DNA of 64,000 nucleotides from the human T2T-CHM13v2.0 reference genome, Homo sapiens: NCBI GenBank assembly GCA_009914755.4, contig CP086569.2, positions 8,480,001 to 8,544,000 of the forward strand, read 5' to 3'. Shown piece by piece: positions 26,454 to 39,889 of this stretch (position 1 is its first letter; each line of letters starts with the position of its first letter). The notes under the pieces were generated by a model. It saw only the letters and a program-made list of their open reading frames with translations, ran no database searches and was not told where the DNA came from. The position numbers and the translations under genes were made by a program.

Positions 26454-27853
26454 CCTTAAACAGTATTTTAGAGGATAGTTAGCATGATGCCATCACACTG
26501 GACCCATATCAGTAATCATTTTAATGTGATCTTGATAAGAGCAGAGTTGCAAGTCAAAATAAATTATATATTTGGCTGTATTCAGTTTTATTTTTGTATG
26601 AAAGAAAAGAAGGATGTCCTAAAGCATGTAGGCAGTTCAGACATTATGTAGAAATGGAAATGGAAACAGTTAATAGTAGAAACATCATGCAGCAGGAAAA
26701 AAAGTCATTATTTTTGTCAAATACAAGTAACCTTTTAAACATGTCATATTCTTTTTAAAAATCATGTCATGTTCTCTTTTTTAAAAGTCTTTTTTAAACT
26801 CAAGTGTCTTCAACTAAGCATTGATGTCTTTTGGGGAGAGGGAGAGTTCTCTTTTTTAAGAGTCAAATGTCTCAATATGTAAGATGTTAAAGGTAAGCAA
26901 GGTGATAGGTATGTTAATTAGCTTGACATAATCCTTTCATATGTACACATACATCAAAATATCACATTGTGCCCTATAAATATATATAATTAGTATTTAT
27001 TAAAATATTCAAAATAAATACAAAAGCTACTTGAGAAAACAAAAAGAACATATGACAATATGGCCTACAATATTTAAATATTCAATCGTTTTTAAAAAGA
27101 GTTAAATTGCTATATCAGAAGACAATGATGTATTATAAATTATATTTTTCTCACAACCATAAATTTATATGAATTACTGCTAATTGTGACTTTTAACTAG
27201 TTTGATTTTAAGTATAAATTATAGAATTTATGCAACCAAAGTAAATACAGATAATATATAATTCCAAAAACCTATTCATTTTTCATAGTTTTACTTAAAA
27301 TAATAACAAATATGGGTATAACTATTTATTATAGTTTATATTATTATAGATCTTTGTCTGGTATTATCGTGTCCCAGTTTTGTTCTCTGATAAGTTAGTC
27401 ACTCACTCCATGTGCCACTCAGCTCTAATGTTCTGTCTCCATGATTGCAGATGGCATCCTTTGCAGTATAAACAAGACAAGTAGCAAAATTCCTGGAGTT
27501 CACAAGAATTAATGAAGCATTTCGGTAAGAAAACAGTCTAACCTACTTTTCACAGATGATTTTGAGACTGGCCAGAATGAGTGCAAAAGAAAACATACGG
27601 TAACATTATATTCCTAAGAATTCTCAATACTTTGACATGATTACTTCATTTCTGATACACATACTCTCACTTTGTCAATGAAAAATCCCAGTGATTTCAG
27701 TTCTTAAAGTAAGGGACTTTAGGGGTATGTATGGAATGAAGTAGGGCAAGATGAACAAGGTGTCACACCATTTGGAAGTGTAGTTATTCCTCACACACAT
27801 GATGTGGAGAAAGATTCCTTTTGGCCAATTGCATAGTTAGGAAGTAAGAGAGG

Positions 27854-28024
27854 TTTTTGTTTTGTTTTGTTTTGTTTTGTTTTGTTTTGTTGTTGTTTTT
27901 GTTTTTTTAACACAGAGCCTCACCCTGTTGTCCAGGCTGGCGTGCATTGGCGTGATCTCAGCTCACTGCAACCTCTGCCTCCCAGGTTCAACCAATTCTC
28001 CTGCCTCAGCCTCTGGAGTAGCTG
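27854..28024 (-). repeat. Alu SINE, 3' part (tail plus right arm), interrupted by an LTR12 insertion
   Basis: A (GTTTT)n tail then cacagagcctcaccctgttgtccaggctggcgtgcattggcgtgatctcagctcactgcaacctctgcctcccaggttcaaccaattctcctgcctcagcctctggagtagctg. It stops at the position matching Alu ...gagtagctg|ggattacagg. Confidence 0.85.
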
Positions 28025-28654
28025 ATGTATCCAGAGTTGGTTCCCTCCAGTGGGTTCTTGGTCTCGCTGACTTCAAGAATGAAGCCAAGGAACTTCGTCG
28101 TGAGTGTTACAGCTCTTAAAGATGGTGCGACCAGAGTTTGTTCCTTCAGATGTGTCTGGAGTTTGTTCCTTCCAGGGGATTCGTGGTCTTGCTGACTTCA
28201 AGAATGAAGCAGCAGACCTTTGTGGCAAGTGTTATGGCTCTTAAACGTAGTGTGGACCCAAAGAGTCAGTGCAGCAAGATTTATTGTGAAGAGTGAAAGA
28301 ACAAGGCTTACAGCATGGAAGGGGACCCTAGTGGGTTGCCACTGCTGGCTCTTGTGGCCAGCTTTTATTCACTTATTTGGCCCTACCCATGTCCTGCTGA
28401 TTAGTCCATGTTACAGAGCACAGATTGGTAAGTCTTACAGAGTGCTGATTGGCTGATTTTACATAATGCTGACTAGTGCATTTACAATCCTTTAGCTAGA
28501 CACAGAGTGCTGATTAGTGTATTTACAACTCTTTAGCTAGACACAGATCGCTGATTGGTGCATTTTTACAAAGTGCCAATTGGTGCATTTACAATCCTCT
28601 AGCTAGAGAGAAGAGTTCTCCAAGTGCCCACTTGACACAGGAGGTCCCCTGGCT
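28025..28654 (-). repeat. LTR12 (ERV9 LTR) fragment, about 630 bp: truncated U3 41-bp repeats, R and a duplicated U5 segment, nested inside an Alu
   Basis: The reverse complement reads ctagctagaggattgtaaatgcaccaattggcactttgtaaaaatgcaccaatcagcgatctgtgtctagctaaagagttgtaaat... through ...gcttcattcttgaagtcagcaagaccacgaatccc... and ...gcttcattcttgaagtcagcgagaccaagaacccac. This is homologous to the LTR12 at 5340-5874. Confidence 0.65.
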
Positions 28655-28830
28655 TCACCTCTCACTGGGATCAGAGGCGCCTGCCACCACGTCTGGCTAA
28701 TTTTTGTATTCTTAGTAGAGACAGGATTTCACCATGTTGTCCAGGCTCATCTCAAACTCCTGACTTGATGATCTGCCCGCCTTGGCCTCCCAAAGTAGGG
28801 GGATTACAGGTGTGAGCCACTGTGCCCAGC
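28655..28830 (-). repeat. Alu SINE, 5' part (continuation of the Alu interrupted at 28024)
   Basis: ctgggatcagaggcgcctgccaccacgtctggctaatttttgtattcttagtagagacaggatttcaccatgttgtccaggctcatctcaaactcctgac...gggattacaggtgtgagccactgtgcccagc. This resumes the Alu consensus exactly where 28024 left off. Confidence 0.85.
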
Positions 28831-30104
28831 AGGATGTAAGAGAGCTTTTTATACACCTGCTCTGTGAAAAACATTCTATTAAGAACACTATTTTAGGTGA
28901 CATTTTCCAGAAAGTGAGTATACTCAAAATTATATATACTTCATTCTAAATATTGTGTTGGCATAAAGTATGAAATCAAATTAGTAGTGCCCTGGAGGTT
29001 AATATGGTAGCAGAGGACTGTCAAAAATAATTTGGGTGAAGGGAATTTTGGGAAAAAGAAATACAATACCAACAACTTTGGCCGTGGTGAAAATTTACTC
29101 ACAACTGCAAGCTATTAGATAACAGCTATGCCAAATTATTGGATTTTTATATATTTCTTTTTTCTCTCTCATTAGTAAAAAACAATTAACCTAATTAAGT
29201 CTTCTCTGTGTTATTGACAATAATGACAAGTGAAGATCTAAACATACATCACATGAAAATTAAAAACAACTTAAAGATCCATACCCATATCTCACATATG
29301 CCCTTTGTGAGGTGCTACATGTAAGTCATAACATTGTTTTTTAGTGATTAGTAACAATCATTTTCAATATACTTGAAAAATATTTAAAATCATGAGAGCA
29401 CTACTAAACAAATACAAGAAAAATTGTTTGAAAATAGAATATTAAAATTAGAAAATGAAAGAAAAAGGAGTTTTATGATGTTACTGCTTACCTTTCATTT
29501 GCTTTTTTGTTATAGAAAAAGAAGAGAAAAAAAGTCAGAAAAGACATTGTAACAAAATGAATGCAACTGATGATCATAATCCCATAAAACTCAAGAGACT
29601 TCATCTATTGAGACCTCAAGATCTATTTTTCTGGGTCCTTTTGTCTTGCTCTCACTCACCTCACTCCCTTAAAGGAGATTATGCCATGAATGTTCATCTA
29701 CAATCCATGTTTAACTTAATACAATATTTCGGAAACATCGTTTATTTTTAAGCTTCATTATAAAATGTATCATATACATGAAAGACTGATGTATATACTT
29801 TGCCAATATATATGATGCTCTCTGATTATTCCTTCTTAATGTTATTCCCTTATCTCTCATGTTATTAGTATTCTGCATATTATGGTAATTATTCCCATGC
29901 TGTCCTTCATATTTTACCACCTATGTATGTATCTTTAAACGACATAATGTTTGCTTTTTGCCTGTATTTGACTTTTTATTATTGGAATCATATGTGTTTT
30001 TCTGCCACTTGTGCTCATTACATTTTTGTCTCCATGTTGATAAAAGTAGCCAGTTTTCATAAGGTGTATAGTATTTTGTATTCCATTGTAGGCATAAAAT
30101 GTGT

Positions 30105-30283
30105 TTGTTTTGTTTTGTTTTGTTTGTTTGTTTTGAGACTGAATCTCACTCTGTCACCAAGGCTGGAGTGCAGTGGCATTATTTGGGCTCACTGCAACCC
30201 CCGCCTCCTGGGTTCCAGAGATTCTCCTGTCTCACCTCCCTAGTAGCTGGAACTACAGGCATAGACCACCATGCCCAGCTAAT
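30105..30283 (-). repeat. Alu right-arm-only fragment (5'-truncated at the A-rich linker)
   Basis: A (GTTTT)n tail then gagactgaatctcactctgtcaccaaggctggagtgcagtggcattatttgggctcactgcaacc...ctagtagctggaactacaggcatagaccaccatgcccagctaat. Confidence 0.8.
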
Positions 30284-31417
30284 AAATATAGTTGTATTGT
30301 ACATAAATTTTTTGGTTAATTTTAGTGTTTCGATGGCACAAACAATATTTATCTATTTCTATACATGGTTATGGTTGCTAGATAAATACGAGTTGCTCAG
30401 TTAAATTTGTATTTCAGATAAAACAATTTTTTAGAATAAGTATATTCCTAATATTGCATAGAAGATACATACACTATGCTTTATTATTTATATTAAATTT
30501 AAATTTAACTGAAAGTCATGTACTCTTATTTGCTAAATCTGGCAACAACTCTACAAGGTGCAAATTTTTAGGAAGTTAAGTAGGACATATATATTTAAGT
30601 ATGTAATTGTTACTTGTGTAATTGTTATGTCTTGGGTAATAAGTGTGTTCAATTTATTTCCACATTGGTTATATTGATTTATATATCTATTGTGGTTCTA
30701 TTGGAGTGCTAATTACTTACTATCTTCACTAATGCATAGTATTGTCTGACTTCATAACTTTGCCAGTTTGATGAGTGTCAAATTTTATATCATTGTGGTT
30801 TGAATTTCAATTTCCCACGTTACGAATTAAGTTGAATATCTTTTCAAATAACTGTGGACCATTTGTGTTTCTGCTCCTGTGAGATGCCCAGTTACATATT
30901 GTGCCTCCTTTTTCTATTGTGTTATCAGCTTCAGGATTTGGAGGATTTCTTTATATGTTCTGGATGCTAACCATTGTTGGCTTATATGTTGCATATACAG
31001 TGTGCCATTTTGTGGATTATCTTTTGATATTAACATTAGTTTTTGTTCATCCCATGTGTGTAGACTGGCTTCCGGGATCTCTAGTTAGTTCTATTTTCTC
31101 ATCATCTATCACTGAGCCCAAAATACATAATGTAATTATTACAGCTCTACAAGAAAATGCTGGAATAACTTGTAGGGCATTTCTCCTAATCTTTTTGACA
31201 ACTGACTTAACAGCTGGCAGATGGTCAATTTATGTTAATGTTTCCTATACATTTAAAATGTACATTATCCAGTTGTTGGGTGCCATCATGTTCTATTTAG
31301 ATGTCCATTTGATTAAGCATGCTATTTATCCTGTTCAAATCTTCCAGATATTTACTGATATTTTTCTGCTTAACCTGTCAACTATTTAGAGAAGTACGTT
31401 AAAATTCTCAAATATGC

Positions 31418-31790
<373 letters not shown>

Positions 31791-32096
31791 TTAGTCAAAT
31801 TTCACTTTTAACCTATTCTCAAAACTATTTTTACTGTTTTGAATTGCTTAATCTCATAATGAATTAATACTTCTGTAACTATTTATTGGCCCTCTTTATA
31901 GAAATAAATGTTGCCTAAAATTTATTTTGTCTGATACTAATGTAGTTGTGCCAAATATTTTTCTTCTCATTTATTTTGTATATCTTTTGTATTTTACTTA
32001 TATGGTTCTTGTGTCCTCATGTTTAAATATGACTTTCATTAAAATGTACAAATACATTTTAAAAATATGATATGACAGTGAACAGCATAGTTTGTG

Positions 32097-32985
<889 letters not shown>

Positions 32986-33827
32986 CATTTTCTTTTTAAT
33001 TGGCATAATAAATACACATATTTATTGGGTACTATATGATGTTTTATACATGTGTATATCATATAATGATTAAGTCAGGATAATTGGCATTTGATTTATT
33101 TCTATCATCTTATTTAGTATTTCCTATTTGTCCCACTTTTATAGTTTTTCTTCTTTCATAGTTGATTACTTTTGGTTTGATCATGATTCTTTCCCATTGT
33201 TTCATTTTTTGTTGTACTGTTCTAGAAGTTGTACATTCTATTTTGTTTATTTAGTAGTTGAGGAAATTTAATATGTATTTAAAATATCAAAAATTCTAAA
33301 ATTAATAACATCTGTCTCTTACGTTATATGAAAATGTTAGAATGCTTGAACTCCAATCAAAACATCCCAAATTATTTACTCTTATTATTCAGTATTTTCA
33401 GATTTGTTTTGATTTTCTGTGAAGATATAGTCTTTCTTATTAACATAAAATAAATAAAAATATATTTTATTAAATATTTTTTATCTTACATCATTTTAAT
33501 CACATAATGTTCAAGTAAGTATTTTGATAAATCAGCATTTGTCCTGCTGACTTTTGTTGAACATTCGGATGGTTTCCAGACTACACTAATGCCAACAATA
33601 GTCTTAGTTGGCTGAAAATTACTTAAAAGTAAACCTAATAGCTCACAATAACAGTTAAATTTTGACAATTTAACATCATTCTATATGAAGCAGTGCAAAA
33701 ATATATCAGGAAACTGAACCTCTAAAAATAAATAACTTGGTCAAGTTCAAAGGGCTATTAAGTGGTAAAAGTGGGCTTTGGACCCAGATAGTTTACATTT
33801 TGAGACATACAGCAAAAATGTGGAAAT

Positions 33828-33829
<2 letters not shown>

Positions 33830-33865
<36 letters not shown>
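33830..33865. repeat. (CA)n microsatellite
   Basis: An 18-unit ca run. Confidence 0.95.
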
Positions 33866-33867
<2 letters not shown>

Positions 33868-33914
33868 TTCCAAGTTCTACTTAAGGAATAAAAACTGATG
33901 TAAAGCTATTCTAA

Positions 33915-33944
33915 GACACACACATACACACACACACACACACA
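33915..33944. repeat. (CA)n microsatellite
   Basis: cacacacatacacacacacacacacacaca. Confidence 0.9.
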
Positions 33945-36101
33945 AATATCAATTAGTGACAAAAATGTGTGAAGTAGGAACATTCATTTTTGACCTATTG
34001 TCTTGAGTCTTCATTATCCCAGTGTTTCTCTTTTTGCCAAGCCTTTATCACTGCAGGCTATTTTGGACAATTGGACAATTTGCTTTCAAATATCTTTTCT
34101 TACCAAGGAAACACCATTGAGTGATTACAGTTCACATTGCCTAATTCTTAACATTTCTATTATACAGACATATCTGATGTAAACTTTAGGCCTCTCCAAC
34201 AAAGGTATTTTCTCAGTCACAAAATAGATATTCATTATAAAGAGAGTTGCATTTTATGAAAAGGAAATCTTCACTTTCTAGTTTCCATTGAAATTGAATT
34301 AAATGAACATGAAGATCTTTTATACCACTATTTAGAAACATTCCTCTAGCATGACAATAAGAATACCTATAATATAATTTAATTGTAGATATGAAGCTTG
34401 AAATAAAAGTGCTTAAAATATTGACTACTTTAAACTGAAGACAGAAAATTGATTGACTTAGGAAAAAATATAGATTTTGAAATTTAATTTTACTAAAATT
34501 TGCACCATCTTATTTATTTTTCCATTGGCTACACTTTGTATCACAGACCATTAAGTATGATTTCAGACTTTCATGAACAACAATTTAAACACATTTGAAA
34601 ATAAGATATGCATTTTATAAATTAAAGTATCTCCCACTCAACCTAAGGTGAAAGACACTTATAGCCAGAACACCAAAATTTAAGGAGCAAGAAAACAGGA
34701 ATTTTTGCCTATTTGTTCACTACTACAATTGTAGTTTCTTGGATGTACATGGCCCACAGTATGCACTCAGTAAACATTTCTTGAATGAATACACACGTGA
34801 ATAATTATTTATCAGCATTCACTATTTGGTGCATATTAATTGTGTGTTATGAATTAAAAAAGGACCCAAAGTGCCTGGTTCTACAGCAGCAGTTTTCAAC
34901 AGATGGGCTAGCTGCTCCAAGAATATAACTGGGGCAGGAATTGTAGTTCAAAAAACTTCCCTTGATGATTCAGCATTACAACCATGCTTTACAAGTTTTC
35001 CCGGTATCATAAGGGCAAGCCAGTTAATCAAGTTTCTCTCAAAATAGATTTAATTTTTTTTCTATTTAATAGTGATTCTGAAAGTCCTGAGTATGGTCTA
35101 GCATGTCTGATAGCATTTTCTCATTGTGAATCAGCTTTTGTCCTTTATTCAATAAAATTGGTCTGTCTTGTGCAGTAGCATATGTGGAAAGAAATTGCTA
35201 GGCTGTTGTATAGGGTCAACTAGGATGAAAGGAGATAGCAGGCAGAATGTTAACTAATGGTGGATACAATTACTAATATCGGAAGAGCCATTTTAAGCAT
35301 TCCATTTGTGTGTTCACTGATTTGCAGATGTTCTGGAAAACATCCTGTTATTTCTTTTTTAGTGTCTGAATAAAGAGACCATTCTAATCATTTTAAAAGC
35401 TTTTCATTATAAAAAGTTTGAAAAGAAGCTGGGTTTTATTAACAGCTATTGAATATATACATTTTGAAAAAAATATATTTTTGAATAGTTTTCTTTGCCC
35501 TTCTCATAGATAACTTGGCAACATTGTGCATTGTTTCTCAAAGGGAAATGTAGATTTAAATAAATACAAGTATGCCTCAATTTATGAAGTCCCGATTTAT
35601 GAAAACATGAATTTAAAAACTCAGTTGGTTCGTTAAATTTTCTGCCTAGAGACAATCTTTCTGTTCCGGAAAATACAGCAAGACCTAATAGAGATCATAG
35701 AGACAAATTTTTGCTTTTCTGTCTTTGTGTTGCCTTATAAAATCAGACTATATCACCCTTGGGCTCAATTTTCTTATTTGTAACATAAGACACAAAGAAT
35801 TCTCTAACAAGCATCAGTGAAGTAGTTAAAGCCTGATCAAATTGTATTATAAATAATTGTTCCCAATGGCAGTTTTGCTACTACTACACCTTCTGAAGTG
35901 CTATTTAATATTTTAGATACTATGACCCCACCTTTAGATACTCTGGAGGTCTGTAGTTTTGCTAAATATTTTGTTAAATATACTCTCTATATGAATCTCA
36001 TGGACCCTTTTGCCCAAAGACCAAAATTTTGGAACCCCTGTTTTGAAAACTTATGAGAGCTATTGAATTGACCACAGACATATATTGGTCAAATTTAAAA
36101 A

Positions 36102-36419
36102 CAGACTTTTTGGCCAGGTGTGGTGGCTCACGTCTGTAATCCCAGCACTTTGGGAGGCCAAGGCAGGTGAATCAACAGAGGTCAGGAGTTCAAGACCAGC
36201 CTGGCCAAGAGGGTGAAACCTTGTATCTACTAAAAATACAAAAATTAGCCAGGTGCAGTGGTAGGCACCTGTAATCCCAGCTACTCAGAAGGCTGAGGCA
36301 GGAAAATTGCTTGAAGTCGGGAGTCAGAAGTTGTAGTAATCCAAGTTCATGCCTCTGCACACTAGCCTGAGCAACACAGTGAGACTCCATCTCAAAGAAA
36401 CAAACAAACAAACAAAAAA
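36102..36419 (+). repeat. Alu SINE with a (CAAA)n-type tail
   Basis: ggccaggtgtggtggctcacgtctgtaatcccagcactttgggaggccaaggcaggtgaatc...cacactagcctgagcaacacagtgagactccatctcaaagaaacaaacaaacaaacaaaaaa. Confidence 0.95.
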
Positions 36420-38831
36420 TAGACCTTTTATTGTATGTCTTTTCATGTAGCTGATTTGATTATTCGTTTATATTAATTTATATGTAATACTGCAAGTAGA
36501 CATTGTTGAATAATTATTTTTCCTTTCTTTTTCTTATTTCATATAATCTAGTTTGGTTCACTTTTTAGATGTGGAATAACTGAATCAAAGGCTGAGTGTT
36601 GCCAGGCATGTTGATACTAAGTACAGGGCTACTAAGTAGAAAGGAAGCATTTACTTGGACAAAAGATTTTAATAGTGTTTAAATGCAATATTTTAAAACA
36701 AAATTATAGCAAAAACCTGTGATGAACGAAATCACATTTCAAATAAAGACAGGATCCAATTTCCTCATTTTGCCTCAGGTTCCAATGTGACTGTGGACAG
36801 CACTCCTGCCAACATCATTTGAATATTATCATTTCTGAGGACACTTACAAATTTGACAGGTGGAAAATAATCTCTTCATATCATTATTTGTCTCATATGA
36901 ACATATTTATGCCCATCTTTATACCACAATGGCAAAGTAAAGTATAGTGTCTTTCCGATCACATGTAACATGGCAAAATGATGTAAATTTCAAGCAGGTG
37001 AGAAAAGGTAGGTGATGCTCTTTTGTCACTGTAATTCTTTCTGTATTTGTTTCATATTGTTCAAAACTAGGTGTTTGTTCTATACCAGTTCATGATAGTT
37101 ATGTTCTTGGTGGATTGTTGTTTTACTAGTGTGCACTCTCTGTCTGTGTTCACATTAATGCTTTTTCACTTTCAATTCAATGCTTTTTCACTTTTGATTC
37201 TATTTTGCTATATATTAACATTTATTTGATTTATTTGTTAATTTACTTGATATTTTATTTTAAACTTGTTATTTTGTTTATATATGACTATAGTAAATAG
37301 TCTATAGAAGGAATTATTTTGTTTCTGATTTGAATGCTTGCCTTTTAATAGGCATGCTTGATTTATTTCCTTTTCCTGAGATCACTGGTCTGTTTTCATG
37401 TGTATTTGTATATACCATCTTCAGCATCACATCTGTTTTCCTTTCCTGTTTCATTTTGGATTGTGGAGCTTACTCCATGCACTTCTCTATTAGATTAAAC
37501 TTTTATTTTCTAGTCTTTCTCTAATTTTCCTTATATTTTTAACATTTAAACAAAACTCTGAAACTACTGGGACAACTGGCTATATACCTGTAATATAGTG
37601 AAGTGTGATCTCTATCTTAAACTGTATATAAAAATTAGAGGTCTCAAGATGCATTGTAGACCTAAATATGTGCTGAAAATGTTCTAAAAGTAGAAAGTTG
37701 TGATGTTTGCATAATTATGTGAATGTACTTAAAAACACTGAATTGTAAAGTTTAGAAGGGTGAGTTTTATGGTACTTTATCTCAAAGCTTATATTAAAAA
37801 TCTAAAATTACTATGTCTATCTTTCTAAGACAGCTTGCTGTAATATCTTGATTTTCTTAATTTAGATTTTCCTTTTGCAATGTTATCTCTTTCATGAATT
37901 TCCTTTTGTGTTTTTTGATGGAGGGTTGTCCTGACTGGGAGGTGGCTGTTTTATTTTGTTTCAAATCATACATTTTCCTCCACATTTAGCAATTTCATTG
38001 TTGCTTCTGCTACACATTTTGGATTTGGAGACTCAAAAGAGAGCCACATGAGCAGTTTGGAGCTCTTTATTTGTATAACACAATCCTAGTCACTATGTTT
38101 GTGTGCAATTCAGGCTGGGTCCTAATTTCGTAGCAGCATCTCAGCTTCCTTCCTGTTCCACAGTCAGCTTTCAATGGACAGCTACATCTCCTAAACAAGT
38201 CAGAGAGCACAATTCTTAGCCCTGGCTTAATGAAGGAAGCCTGGTTTTGCTATCCAACCACTTAAGGGATGAGGTCACTCTCTGTTACTGCAGGACACTA
38301 AAACTAGACCCCTGCTGCTTGTTTCTGATTTTGGTGTCTTTCACCTTTAGTTAGTGTTCTGGACTGTGAGTTTCCCCTTTCCCGGGCACACAGTACCATT
38401 CTGTATCAGTGTAATTAGGCATTCTAAAAATATTTTTAAAATGCACACATGGTCCCATGTTTTCAGTGAAGGACAAACTTTTAGCATATGCTCAGTCATC
38501 CACCTTATGTGGGAAACTAATCAAGGTTAGAAGTATGTAGCTAGAATTCAGCTAATATAAAATACTAAGAAATAGTGGGCATAACCTAATATTATTACTT
38601 AAGTATGATTACTACTAATGAAGATGAACATTTCCCTATATTGTTGTTAATGTTTTATATTTTATTTTAGTAAATTAGGTTTTAATATTCTCTTCCACTG
38701 TTGTCTTTTTGAAACTTGCTCTTTTCCTCATCGGTTCTTATGAGCTACAAATATGGTTCACTTTATTTATATTTTGACATTTAATTTAGTTTTTAAATAA
38801 TGTTCAAGGTAGTTTAGTTATTGGTCAATTA

Positions 38832-39345
38832 TGGAATGAGACCCCACTTCTGTTGTCCTTCCCAGCCTCTCCCCCACCTCCCCTTTTCCCTAGTTTATAA
38901 GCAGGAGAAAAGGGAGAAAGCAAAACGTTGGAAGGAAACAGAAGTAAGACAAATAGTTAGATGACCTTGGTGCCAACACCTGGCCCTGGTGGTTAAAATA
39001 ATAATAATAACAATAATAATAATAATAATAATAACCCCTGACCAAAACTACTGGTGTTATCTTTAAATTCCAGACATTGTATGAGAAAGCCCTGTAAAAC
39101 TTTTTGTTCTGTTAGCGGATGTATGTAGCCCCCAGTCACATTCCTCGCACTTACTTGATCTTTTATGAACCTTTCACGTGGACCCCTTAGAGTTGTAAGC
39201 CCTTAAAATGGCTAGGAATTTCTCTTTTGGGGAGATCAGCCCTTAAGATGCGAGTCTGCTGATGCTCCCAGCTGAATACAAACCTCTTCCTTCTTTAATC
39301 CGGTGTCTGAGGAATTTTGTCCATGGCTCATTCTGCTACATTTCT
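38832..39345 (+). repeat. 5' LTR of the HERV-E-like provirus (LTR2-family by inference); contains an internal (AAT)n run at 38995-39033
   Basis: Begins tggaatgagacc... and ends ...ttctgctaca. Homologous to 47042-47567. Confidence 0.75.
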
Positions 39346-39363
39346 TGGTTCCCTGACCAGGAA
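39346..39363 (+). other. primer-binding site complementary to the tRNA-Glu 3' end (diagnostic of HERV-E)
   Basis: tggttccctgaccaggaa against the reverse complement of the tRNA-Glu 3' end plus CCA, TGGTTCCCTGACCGGGAA: 17 of 18 match. Confidence 0.75.
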
Positions 39364-39889
39364 GCAAGGTGATCAATGGATGATCGAGGCAGCCCTTCAG
39401 GTGGCTTAGGCCTGACCTGTGGAGTATCCTTGTGGGGAACGCAGGCCAGCTTGAATGAGAGCAGATCATGAGAGTGCTCCTGGGCAGGCAATTGCCCCAG
39501 TGGAATGTCTCACCAGAGCAGTGCATGGCAGGCCCCCGTAGAGGATCAAGGCAGTGGCTGAACACTGGGAAAGAAATGGCAGTTTAAGTCTGGATATCTG
39601 ATACTTGGTAAGACTGGTCTTTGGAACTAGCCCACTCCATTTGAGTGGAAGCATGGCCTGATCACCCATGGCGTGCCTGTGCCAGTACTTTGGTTTTTGT
39701 TTTCAACTTGACTTGAATTGTTTGATACTTTCGTTTTGGTTTTTACCTGGTTTGGATTTCTGGATATTGTGATTTTGGTTTTGATTCTGGTTTGGTGTAA
39801 ACTGGAAAAGTGTGTGTGTGCCCTTTTTACCCATTCTTTGTTCTGTGGTATGCGTGTGGTGTGAGTTTGGTGTTTTGTCTCAAGGTAAC

